Assembly (NCBI GenBank): GCA_965369655.1
Contig: CBDUQR010000004.1
Location: 1-64,000, forward strand
DNA from: an uncultured bacterium
GTDB lineage: Bacteria; Zixibacteria; MSB-5A5; JAABVY01; JAHJOQ01
Length of the DNA stretch: 64,000 bases
Direction: 5' to 3'
Under the pieces are notes generated by a model, which had not been told where the DNA came from, made no database searches, and was given only the letters and a program-made list of their open reading frames with translations. Below, one piece after another: positions 31,356 to 40,145 of the stretch; the stretch's first letter is position 1; every line of letters starts with the position of its first letter. A program made the position numbers and the translations under genes.

Positions 31356-32630
31356 ATGCGGACGAATCACAGAATAGTATTCGGTGACGCACGAAGAATG
31401 TCCCTCCTGGAATCTCGGAGTGTCCACTTAGTTGTTACCTCTCCGCCTTACTGGCAGCTAAAGGACTATGGCACAAGTGAGCAAATTGGATTCGATAACT
31501 CCTACGAGGATTATGTTAACAATCTTAACTTAGTGTGGAGAGAATGCCACCGGGTTTTGCATGACGGTTGCAAACTCTGCGTCAATATCGGAGATCAGTT
31601 TGCCCGCTCAGTCTACTATGGAAGGTACAAGATCATTCCTATCAGAACGGAGATAATCAGGTTTTGCGAGACAATCGGTTTCGATTTCATGGGGTCGATT
31701 ATCTGGCAGAAAGTGACTACCTGCAACACAACAGGCGGCGCGACCATCATGGGATCATTTCCCTATCCCAGAAACGGTATTGTCAAGATAGACTATGAGT
31801 TCATTCTTCTGTTCAAGAAACAGGGCACCCCCCCTCGTGTCACACCGGAAGTGAAGGAGAAATCGAGATTGACGAAAGAGGAGTGGAACACTTTCTTCAA
31901 CGGCCACTGGAATTTCCCCGGCGAAAAACAGTCAAACCATTTGGCAATGTTCCCGGAAGAACTGCCGAGGCGTCTCATCAAGATGTTCAGCTTTGTAGGA
32001 GAACGCGTGCTTGACCCGTTTCTCGGGAGCGGAACGACCACACTTGCCGCCATGAATCTGGAGCGAGATTCGGTGGGTTATGAGATGTCTACCGATTTCA
32101 AGAATATAATCGCTACAAAATTGCAGCAGGGGAGTGATCTGTTCAAGAAAGTCGATGTCGACTATCTTGAGGATACCTCTCGGCCTGAGGAAAACGATTG
32201 GGAATCATTGCCGTATCTTTTCCGTGATCCCCTGAAGTTAGACAAGAAAGTTGATCCCAGAAAACTGTTGTTCGGTTCCAGGATAAACAGTGAATCCAAA
32301 AGTGAAAGACAGTATTATTCTGTTAAGGAAATCCTATCGCCGGATGAACTGATGTTGGACAGTGGGCTCACTATCAAGCTGCTTGGAATACAACCAGTAA
32401 ATGGGCTTGAATCCGAAGCAATAAAGTACCTGGAGGATGCTGTCAAGGGGAAAAAGGTCTCTCTGAAGTTCGATCGAGTCAGGTACGATGATTCCAAACG
32501 ACTTCTTGTCTATCTTTATCTCAAGAACAGGACATTCATTAATGCTCACCTGGTCAAACGAGGCTTTGCCGAAGTGGACAGCACGCTGGACATTACTAAT
32601 CGGACACTGAGGAGTCTGTCCAATGCCTAA
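31356..32630 (+). CDS. Beta-class N4/N6 DNA methyltransferase with C-terminal thermonuclease (SNase)-like domain
   Basis: TSPPY before DPFLGSGTT; C-terminal IKLLGI...YDDSKRLLVYLY...INAHLVKRGFA. Confidence 0.88.
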   Translation: MRTNHRIVFGDARRMSLLESRSVHLVVTSPPYWQLKDYGTSEQIGFDNSYEDYVNNLNLVWRECHRVLHDGCKLCVNIGDQFARSVYYGRYKIIPIRTEIIRFCETIGFDFMGSIIWQKVTTCNTTGGATIMGSFPYPRNGIVKIDYEFILLFKKQGTPPRVTPEVKEKSRLTKEEWNTFFNGHWNFPGEKQSNHLAMFPEELPRRLIKMFSFVGERVLDPFLGSGTTTLAAMNLERDSVGYEMSTDFKNIIATKLQQGSDLFKKVDVDYLEDTSRPEENDWESLPYLFRDPLKLDKKVDPRKLLFGSRINSESKSERQYYSVKEILSPDELMLDSGLTIKLLGIQPVNGLESEAIKYLEDAVKGKKVSLKFDRVRYDDSKRLLVYLYLKNRTFINAHLVKRGFAEVDSTLDITNRTLRSLSNA

Positions 32631-32740
32631 GGAATGGATTCTAAACTCGGCGACCAACTATGTCGGCACATTGAGATAGACAATACTCTGAGAGTCAGCA
32701 TACACGAACGCCGCCCGGATATGATTCAGGAGGCGTTTTG
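32595..32740 (+). repeat. 146-bp direct repeat, copy 2
   Basis: Matches 31056-31201; ends in the AACGCCGCC...GGAGGCGTTTT terminator. Confidence 0.95.
32623..32679 (+). pseudogene. Truncated restriction endonuclease start (MjaI-family-like N-terminus)
   Basis: ATG overlaps the MTase stop; MPKEWILNSATN then stops after 18 aa; family match recalled from memory, not searched. Confidence 0.5.
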
Positions 32741-32770
32741 TTTATTCAGTAGCTATCAAGCAGTAAATTC

Positions 32771-34570
32771 CTACACGGAATCCGGATAGACTGATCGCCT
32801 AAGGATATTTTGACACTCATCCAAGGCATCTCCTGATTTGTCATAGAGTTTGTCAAGTAGGAGTCCCCACCCGCCAATCTGTGAATCTTTATCAGTCCCA
32901 AGTCTTTCGAGCAACTTATCGATGGAAATATCCCTGTGATCATTTGCTTTTCTCAGATCATGCAGAATATACAGGGCGTTTAGAGGGTTGGGAAGTTGTT
33001 CATCGTTCTTAAGTTGAGATATTCTTTCACTTACTGATTCTTCGATATCTTTAGTGTCAGTGAAAGCGCTTAGGCCTCGTTCGTCTGCAACAAGGCATAT
33101 CTGGACTAAATAGTTCAACAGTTTGAGAGATTTCTTCCCTTTGATTCGATTTCCATCAACATTCAAGGCCAAAAGCAGTTTGCGGAGTGTTTTCTCCTTT
33201 AGACCTTCAACTAACACCTTATTGAGGATATTGCATCTCGCAAGGAATCCTGATTCACTCAATTCCAATGGTATGTGACTGGCTACTTTGCCAGCATACT
33301 TTTGAGTCCACCATCCTTCATAATCTAATCTCTTATGGTCAATACTGACGAAATCCTCAGTGGATGACGTTTCCTCCATAACTCCCTTGGAGATTTCAGT
33401 TAGATACTGTCCCAATTTTACTAACCCAATGTACAGACGTTCCGCGCGGATTGCGATGTTCGGTTCTTTGCTAAGTACTGAAATGTCGCCTTTTGGTGGA
33501 TCGACAGCGAACTCATTCCAGTGACGAACCACATCAGAAGGCAGACATTCGTAAAGCTTTCGCAATTCAGCTTGAATGAGATTGCGCCCTATCCGGTGGC
33601 AACGGTCAAAACCCCATTGTCCTTTGTAATACACTGCGCCGATGTCCGGAAGAATCTTATATAGGTCGGGCTCGGCTTCATAGTCTTCTAGCACTTCATC
33701 GCTCACATAGACTTGAGGCATTAGCATTTGCCCAGCTCTGTCCTTTGACACTGGCCCACTAATACCCGGCCAATGCAGTGAGCCATAGTCGTCAGTAGCA
33801 AACGACACTGGTTTACTGCCAGGCTCAACTAGTAGCCTGACACCATTGATCTCGATATGGACTAAGCGGGGGTTGTTGTCTATTCGATGCAGATAAATGG
33901 TTCTGCCGGGAAAGACAAGTTTTCCACTTGGATTGATGTCCAATGCTCGTTTGATATCTTCAGTCATTTCATATTCTCTACTATCCAAGTAGACTTGCAC
34001 AAGTGATCGATGACGAATCGTGGCGTACTCCTGCAGATAGTCGCGGTGTATTTCAATCCACGCTGGGGATTGCAGTCCATACTTATATACTGACACAGAT
34101 TTGCAGGTTATTACTTTGAACATTGATCTTGAGGCATCGTACCAGTGTATTTCATCAGCCTTGCCATCCCTTCGAATTGTCCTTGGTACAAGGCCAAAGG
34201 CCGAAAGAAATCTGGGGTCAGGTATCATTACAGATTCGTTTGAACCTGCATTCCACGCTGCAACAATTGATTCAAGCCCTTCTGATACTATGTCAGCAGC
34301 CCATATATAGAAGGAAGGCGGTATTTCTGTTGAGTCTGCAGACGGTACTCTGCTTCGTACTTCGTGACCGATACCGCCATCGAACTTTAAAAGTTCTGCG
34401 GTTAGGTCTGGGGAGACCAGAGCTGTGAATGTCTCACGCAGGCTGTACTCTTCAACAGGTTTTCGTATTTCAGCTACTGTCACTTGCTCATTCTCAAGTG
34501 GCCTTTCATTGCGAAGATGCTTTAGTGGTTCTGGCCACCAGTTTTCATCTAACTCATTGTGTTTCTGCAT
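32771..34570 (-). CDS. Hypothetical protein with C-terminal helical Rx4H (HEPN-like) motif
   Basis: 599-aa AT-rich ORF; LHDLRKANDH near the C-terminus. Confidence 0.65.
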   Translation of the reverse strand: MQKHNELDENWWPEPLKHLRNERPLENEQVTVAEIRKPVEEYSLRETFTALVSPDLTAELLKFDGGIGHEVRSRVPSADSTEIPPSFYIWAADIVSEGLESIVAAWNAGSNESVMIPDPRFLSAFGLVPRTIRRDGKADEIHWYDASRSMFKVITCKSVSVYKYGLQSPAWIEIHRDYLQEYATIRHRSLVQVYLDSREYEMTEDIKRALDINPSGKLVFPGRTIYLHRIDNNPRLVHIEINGVRLLVEPGSKPVSFATDDYGSLHWPGISGPVSKDRAGQMLMPQVYVSDEVLEDYEAEPDLYKILPDIGAVYYKGQWGFDRCHRIGRNLIQAELRKLYECLPSDVVRHWNEFAVDPPKGDISVLSKEPNIAIRAERLYIGLVKLGQYLTEISKGVMEETSSTEDFVSIDHKRLDYEGWWTQKYAGKVASHIPLELSESGFLARCNILNKVLVEGLKEKTLRKLLLALNVDGNRIKGKKSLKLLNYLVQICLVADERGLSAFTDTKDIEESVSERISQLKNDEQLPNPLNALYILHDLRKANDHRDISIDKLLERLGTDKDSQIGGWGLLLDKLYDKSGDALDECQNILRRSVYPDSV

Positions 34571-34891
34571 ACAACAATCCTCTGTCCAATATCACATCAT
34601 AATACTAATACAGCTTAGTATGAAACATCTAATGAGAATAATACTCCGTTTTGCATGGAGGGTCAAGTCAGAGTCGAAGGATTTCGTGAAGTAATAGGCT
34701 GTAGACAACAGATATTTCGTTTGTCCTATCATGATCATCTTTGGCTCGCCAGAATATTTAATCCCCTCATTTGGATTGCTTCCCATACCGATTCCGTCTT
34801 GACGGATTTCGATTCTGTGTTATTGTAAGAGTAAGATACTTGCTTTTCAGAATTCTCTGAGAAATAAGGGCATTTAGTCGATAGAAAGGAT

Positions 34892-35788
34892 GTGATCATG
34901 TCTTCATCGAGAAACAACTATCCGATTCGCGCCTGCACCCTGCACCTGATCCTTGCTGCAGGATTTGTGCTGACTCTGTCTGCAATGTCATCAGTGGCAG
35001 CCGATCCGATTCTAAATCTGTATGTTGAGGATACTCCGCTAACACCAAAAGATTCTTTTGTCACATTCGAGGTGATGATGAATGCGACCGAAGACTCCGT
35101 GGGGAGCTTCGAGATATGGTTACAGATGTCTCATCCGTTCATACTTCGGTTTGACATGGATGATCCTGTTGATACCACTGGCTCTATCTTCGACTGGGGG
35201 CTGAGTTGGACCGATTACGGTACTGACGGGAATCTAATCAAGATTCTCGGATGGGACGGGGTGGATGGCACGCCGATAGCCCCGAGTGATATTCCGCAGT
35301 TGCTGTTTACCCTCAAGGCTGAAGTTATCGACACGATGGCTGACACGCTCTGTGGATTCACCGGAGAAGTAATCATCAATGTATGGACTTATTTCAACAA
35401 GACTACTTTCCCGTACCGGATTGGCTGGGATTTCTGGGAGGAATACGACACCACATTCGAGAACTGTGTCGAATGGATTGGCGATTCGTGCATCGCATGG
35501 GCTGACACGATCGTGGATACAACAATGTATAATGAACCGAATATGGAGTTGCTCAACTACCAGGATGGCAGCTACACATTCATCTGTTTCATATGCGGCG
35601 ACTGCGATAACTCCGGATTAGTCGATATCGATGATGCCGTCTATTTGATAACATACATATTCGCTTCCGGTCCTCCTCCGGATCCGCTCGAGAAAGGCGA
35701 TGTCGACTGGTCGGGTGCAGTTGATATTGATGATGTTGTCTATCTGATAACATACATATTTGCCGGCGGACCACCGCCATGTGATTAG
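34892..35788 (+). CDS. Secreted cohesin-like + dockerin protein
   Basis: Signal peptide, beta-strand-rich domain, duplicated GDxDxSGxVDIDDxVYLITYIF. Confidence 0.8.
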   Translation: MIMSSSRNNYPIRACTLHLILAAGFVLTLSAMSSVAADPILNLYVEDTPLTPKDSFVTFEVMMNATEDSVGSFEIWLQMSHPFILRFDMDDPVDTTGSIFDWGLSWTDYGTDGNLIKILGWDGVDGTPIAPSDIPQLLFTLKAEVIDTMADTLCGFTGEVIINVWTYFNKTTFPYRIGWDFWEEYDTTFENCVEWIGDSCIAWADTIVDTTMYNEPNMELLNYQDGSYTFICFICGDCDNSGLVDIDDAVYLITYIFASGPPPDPLEKGDVDWSGAVDIDDVVYLITYIFAGGPPPCD

Positions 35789-35816
35789 TGAGCGACCGCT
35801 CAGTATGTAGCGTGCT

Positions 35817-36163
35817 TCAGGTCGGGAAGATAGAATATGGATCGAGATTGGTTTTCAGATATCTTTCGACGGGCGAATGGCTTTTGGGTGGTTCCCCCCA
35901 TTTCGGGACGATTGACACTATTGAGTCGAGCAGCGCGCCGTCGAAATCTATCATTTGCGATTCACTGACCAATCGCCAATGTCTCTTGAATCAATATGAG
36001 TCATTGTTCCGAGAGGACAGATTCTGAACATATTTTCCTGCGCAAGTGTCACAGCTTTCACGACGTCAGATTCGCAGTCTGGAAAGATGATCGGCGAGCT
36101 GTCGTTTGTGTCAATCTTGTCGCTCGGAGATTCCTGCGTCAGAAGAGACCTGATATCGTTCAT
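35817..36163 (-). pseudogene. FAD-linked oxidase (GlcD/GlcE-like) remnant with internal deletion
   Basis: ATGA-coupled N-terminus IIFPDCESDVVKAVTLA..ICPLGT, and an out-of-frame C-terminus WGEPP...YLKTNLDPYSIFP. Confidence 0.5.
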
Positions 36164-37302
36164 TTGGCATTCAGGGAGATATCGTAGATGCGGTACCTTT
36201 TGTAGACCTTGCTGCCAAGCATCTCGGCTGCGCGATTCATCATCTCGTTATCTTCGAGAATCCAGGACATCTCACCCCACTTGTATCCCTTTCTGGCGCC
36301 CCTTCTGAATATCTCCAGGTAGAAGATATTGTCGATACCACGCTTCTGATAAGACTGCTCGATGCCCATCGTAATCACCCGGACCGAGTTGATCTTGTTC
36401 CGGACTTTGGTGTGCCACAGCAACTTGAAGAGACCGAACGGGAATAGTCGACCGTTGGCGTACGGCAGCACCTGATTCACATCTGGGAGCGCCAGTTGGA
36501 AGCCGACTGGCTTGCCCTCGACCTCGGCGATGAAAACAAGATCCGGATCGATGATCTGCTTCATATCTTTGGCAATGTGAAAGAACTCATCCTCGGACAT
36601 CGGGATGAATCCCCAGTTCTTCTCCCATGCATTATTGTATATCCGGTTGATCGCTCTCACTTCGTCGTCGAACTTCTTCATGTTCAAAGTGCGCACGACA
36701 ACATTGGCTTTGCGTCGAATCCTATCGACAATGCGGACCATCCGTTCAGGCGGCTCGTCATATTCAGTGATCTTGTACGCGAGCAAATCTTTCGCCTTGG
36801 TCAGACCGAATCTCTCGAAAAATCCGGGATAGTAATCGGGATTATATATCATGTTTATCATGGGCGGCAAATCAAAGGCGTCGATCAGCGCTCCGACCTC
36901 ATAGTTGGTCGACAGATTCACAGGTCCGCGCATTTTGTCGAGGCTCTGGGACTTGAGATGAATCATCGCCACTTTCAGCAGCTTGCGAGCAACATTGTAG
37001 TCGTTCACAGATTCGAAGAACCCGAAGAACCCGATATTTTCGTCGTGGAAACTGTTGTGGCTGTGATTTACTATCGCCGCAATCCTTCCGACCATCTCGT
37101 TCTGATAGTGCGCCGTGTAGAGCTTGATCGTGGCAGAGCGGAAAAACGGGTTCTTCCTGCTGCCAAGCATCGCCTTGACGGATGATATAAGCGGAGGCAC
37201 CCAGTTCGGATTGCCCCTGTAAATCTTCCAGGGGAGTTTTATGAATGCAGAAAGCTGCGAGCGGTTCTCGACCTCTCTGATTTCAATATCGTCGTAGTTC
37301 AT
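36160..37302 (-). CDS. GNAT-fold N-acyltransferase, bacterial ceramide synthase (bCerS)-like
   Basis: FIKLPWKIY..NPNWVPPL, GRIAAI, GFFGFFE, YNPDYY, EMSWILEDN; directly downstream of an SPT-like gene. Confidence 0.75.
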   Translation of the reverse strand: MNYDDIEIREVENRSQLSAFIKLPWKIYRGNPNWVPPLISSVKAMLGSRKNPFFRSATIKLYTAHYQNEMVGRIAAIVNHSHNSFHDENIGFFGFFESVNDYNVARKLLKVAMIHLKSQSLDKMRGPVNLSTNYEVGALIDAFDLPPMINMIYNPDYYPGFFERFGLTKAKDLLAYKITEYDEPPERMVRIVDRIRRKANVVVRTLNMKKFDDEVRAINRIYNNAWEKNWGFIPMSEDEFFHIAKDMKQIIDPDLVFIAEVEGKPVGFQLALPDVNQVLPYANGRLFPFGLFKLLWHTKVRNKINSVRVITMGIEQSYQKRGIDNIFYLEIFRRGARKGYKWGEMSWILEDNEMMNRAAEMLGSKVYKRYRIYDISLNAK

Positions 37303-37312
37303 TCGACAGGCA

Positions 37313-38527
37313 TCAGATAACGCCCAACTCGCGTCCTACGCTTCCGAAGATATCGAGGACCTTGTCGAGTTCCTCGTCAGTGTGCGTAGCTGTGTAGGAT
37401 GTTCGTATCAGGGCTTGCCCCGGAGGTACCGCAGGCGGGATAATCGGGTTGGCAAATATGCCTGCTTTCGAGAGGGATTTCCAGAACTTGAAACAGTCCA
37501 TATCATCGCCGATGTTGATCGGGATAATCGGAGTTTCGGTCAGCCCTATATCGAACCCGAGCGCCCTGAACCCCTCGTGCATTTTTCGGGTGTTCTCCCA
37601 TAGCCGCTCTCTGCGCTCCGGCTCGGTCCTGATTATCCGCAATGCTTCTCGAACACCCGCGACAGCGGCAGGCGGCATCGAAGCTGAAAATATGAGTTCA
37701 CGCGCTTTGTGCTTGATGTAGTTTACGATCTCGAACGAGCCTGCGATATATCCGCCGAGCGATGCGAACGACTTGGAGAATGTCCCCATGATAATATCGA
37801 CTCGTTCTTCGATATCGAAATGCTCAGCCGTGCCTCGGCCTCCCAGACCGAGCACCCCGACGGCGTGCGCATCATCGACCATCACACCCGCGCCATACTC
37901 CTCGGCGACCTCGATGAGTTCGGGAAGCTTCGCGATATCACCTTCCATCGAGAACACGCCATCCACTACGATAAACCTGCCGCCAGAGCATTCCACATTG
38001 CGCAGTACACGCGCAAGATCGTCCATGTCGTTATGGGCGAATTTGTACGTCTTGCCGAATGCAAGGCGAGTACCGTCGACGATCGAAGCGTGATCGGTCC
38101 TGTCTATGAAAATCGTGTCACGTTTGTCGACTATGCACGAGATTGCACCGAGATTCGCCTGGAATCCGGTCGAGAAGACCAGCGCGGCTTCCTTGTTGAG
38201 GAAATCAGCCAATTCATCTTCGAGGCTTACGTGTATGTCGAGCGTACCGTTGAGATACCTCGATCCGGTGCACCCGGAGCCGTACTTCTCGACCGCCTTA
38301 ATGCAGGCTTCCTTGACCCTCGGGTCAGTCGTCAGACCGAGGTAGTTGTTCGATCCGATCATGATCTGCTCAGTGCCGTCGATCATGACCGAGTGGGCGG
38401 GAGCAGATGATATGGGGCGAAAATAGGGGTAATACCCCATCGCCATAACTTCTTGTGGCCGAGTGAAATCAGCGCATTTCTGGAACAATGGCTTCGTAAT
38501 TTTTTCTTGTTTGCTATATGTTTTCAT
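37313..38527 (-). CDS. spt: Alpha-oxoamine synthase, serine palmitoyltransferase-like
   Basis: YPYFRPIS, GSNNYLGL, GSRYLNGT, HASIVDG, DDAH, PLP-lysine GTFSKS. Confidence 0.72.
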   Translation of the reverse strand: MKTYSKQEKITKPLFQKCADFTRPQEVMAMGYYPYFRPISSAPAHSVMIDGTEQIMIGSNNYLGLTTDPRVKEACIKAVEKYGSGCTGSRYLNGTLDIHVSLEDELADFLNKEAALVFSTGFQANLGAISCIVDKRDTIFIDRTDHASIVDGTRLAFGKTYKFAHNDMDDLARVLRNVECSGGRFIVVDGVFSMEGDIAKLPELIEVAEEYGAGVMVDDAHAVGVLGLGGRGTAEHFDIEERVDIIMGTFSKSFASLGGYIAGSFEIVNYIKHKARELIFSASMPPAAVAGVREALRIIRTEPERRERLWENTRKMHEGFRALGFDIGLTETPIIPINIGDDMDCFKFWKSLSKAGIFANPIIPPAVPPGQALIRTSYTATHTDEELDKVLDIFGSVGRELGVI

Positions 38528-38593
38528 ACTTATATGGGTCCATGTGAAAAGCAAACTAACCGTCAATTGGGACCATTGTCAAGAGAAAAGCTT

Positions 38594-39601
38594 GTGAATA
38601 CAGGTGGAAATGCAAATCGAAAAAGCGTGCTGATCACCGGAGTGACAGGTTTCGTTGGAAGTCATCTGGCGGATACATTCGTAAGGTCTGGCTATGCCGT
38701 TACAGGCATGCTCAGGGAAACTTCCAGCCGAAAATTTATCGAACATCTCGACATCGATCTCAGGTTCGGCGATCTCGGCAAACCGGAGACTCTCGGGTCC
38801 GTTGTCGAGGGCCATGACTATATTGTTCATCCTGCCGGGTTGATTATGGCAAAATCGGCGGATGAGTTCATGCGCGCGAATCGTGACGGCACGAGATTCT
38901 TACTGGAGGCAGCAAGAGAGCGATGCCCCGGTCTGAAGAGATTCGTGTATATCTCCTCGCAGGCAGCAGCCGGTCCGTCAGACTCGACATCAGGGAATGA
39001 CGAGACAGTACCGCCGCATCCGGTGTCGGATTACGGCAGGAGCAAACTGGCTGGAGAAATTGAATGCCTGAAGCTCAAAGATCAGTTCGCTGTCACTATC
39101 GTGCGCCCTCCGGCTGTCTATGGTCCGCGCGATGATGGCGTGCTGGCGTTTTTCAAGATCGTGAAATCGGGATGGTACTGGAAACTCGGTCGGAAAGAGC
39201 GGTATGCGTCTATAGTCTTCGTGAAAGACCTCGCCAAAATGATCCTGGCGGCTGTCGAATCTGATGTTGCGTCCGGAGAGGTGTTTTTCGCCGCCAATCC
39301 GGGGCCACTCTCGATCTGGGACATCCAGAAAATGATCGCCTCTGTGATGAAGGTCGAGGTGAAGCCGCTCCTGACGCCGATATGGCTGGTGCGAGCTATG
39401 GTACCGCTCGATGCGTTCGGTTCGATGCTCACCGGCAAAGCTCGTGGCCTGACAGCCGATAAAATACGGGAGCTTTTACATCAATACTGGATTTGCGACT
39501 CGTCTAAGGCAGAGCGTCTTCTTGGATGGAAAGCGGAAACACCGCTCGAAGATGGCATTGCAGAAACAATCGAGTGGTACGAACGGAACAGGTGGCTCTG
39601 A
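38594..39601 (+). CDS. NAD-dependent epimerase/dehydratase (extended SDR), ceramide reductase CerR-like
   Basis: TGVTGFVG, YGRSK, RPPAVYGPRD; divergent from spt; start uncertain. Confidence 0.8.
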   Translation: MNTGGNANRKSVLITGVTGFVGSHLADTFVRSGYAVTGMLRETSSRKFIEHLDIDLRFGDLGKPETLGSVVEGHDYIVHPAGLIMAKSADEFMRANRDGTRFLLEAARERCPGLKRFVYISSQAAAGPSDSTSGNDETVPPHPVSDYGRSKLAGEIECLKLKDQFAVTIVRPPAVYGPRDDGVLAFFKIVKSGWYWKLGRKERYASIVFVKDLAKMILAAVESDVASGEVFFAANPGPLSIWDIQKMIASVMKVEVKPLLTPIWLVRAMVPLDAFGSMLTGKARGLTADKIRELLHQYWICDSSKAERLLGWKAETPLEDGIAETIEWYERNRWL

Positions 39602-40026
39602 TGTTTGGGATGCCGACAGGTATATTCCTCGAGACGGCTGGAGCTGCATCTGCGGTCCTGATCGTCATCGTCCTGATTCAGCTCTGGCTGGAGAAAATAA
39701 TCGGATTCTACAGCCTTATCCCCGAGGAATTGCGAGAAGAGAGGGGCAGGTCGTGGATCGTGATTCTGCTTGCAGCCGAGATCATTGTATTCGCGGTTGG
39801 ACCGACACTTTTCTACTATTGGATCTATGCCGTCCTGCCATTTTTCAGCTACCGCGCCGGTGTCGCTGTAGGCATCTTCCTGTATCTGTTCGGAGTGCTG
39901 CCGTTCGCAATCGGCCTGGTTCTGCGAATGAAACTCCCCGGCGGCATGATGGTTTTCACGTTCTTCTTCACCATCCTGAAACTCGTTGCATGCTGGGGGA
40001 TGGTGACATACGTGATGAATATTTAA
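39601..40026 (+). CDS. Four-TM membrane protein
   Basis: TGATG coupling to the SDR gene; hydrophobic helices. Confidence 0.7.
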   Translation: MFGMPTGIFLETAGAASAVLIVIVLIQLWLEKIIGFYSLIPEELREERGRSWIVILLAAEIIVFAVGPTLFYYWIYAVLPFFSYRAGVAVGIFLYLFGVLPFAIGLVLRMKLPGGMMVFTFFFTILKLVACWGMVTYVMNI

Positions 40027-40145
40027 TTCTCTTTCTGCGCCAAGAAAACACCACCGAGTACCAATAGCCCGCCCACTCCAATGTCGATAGAATCGCATCC
40101 GTAAATGCGATGCTCATGTCGTGTACGGTTGTATCGAATTCAGTA

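Noticed and set aside
37313-38527. bioF or kbl call
   Set aside because: No bio or tdh genes nearby; the GNAT and SDR context and the N-terminal YPYFR favour spt, though not proven
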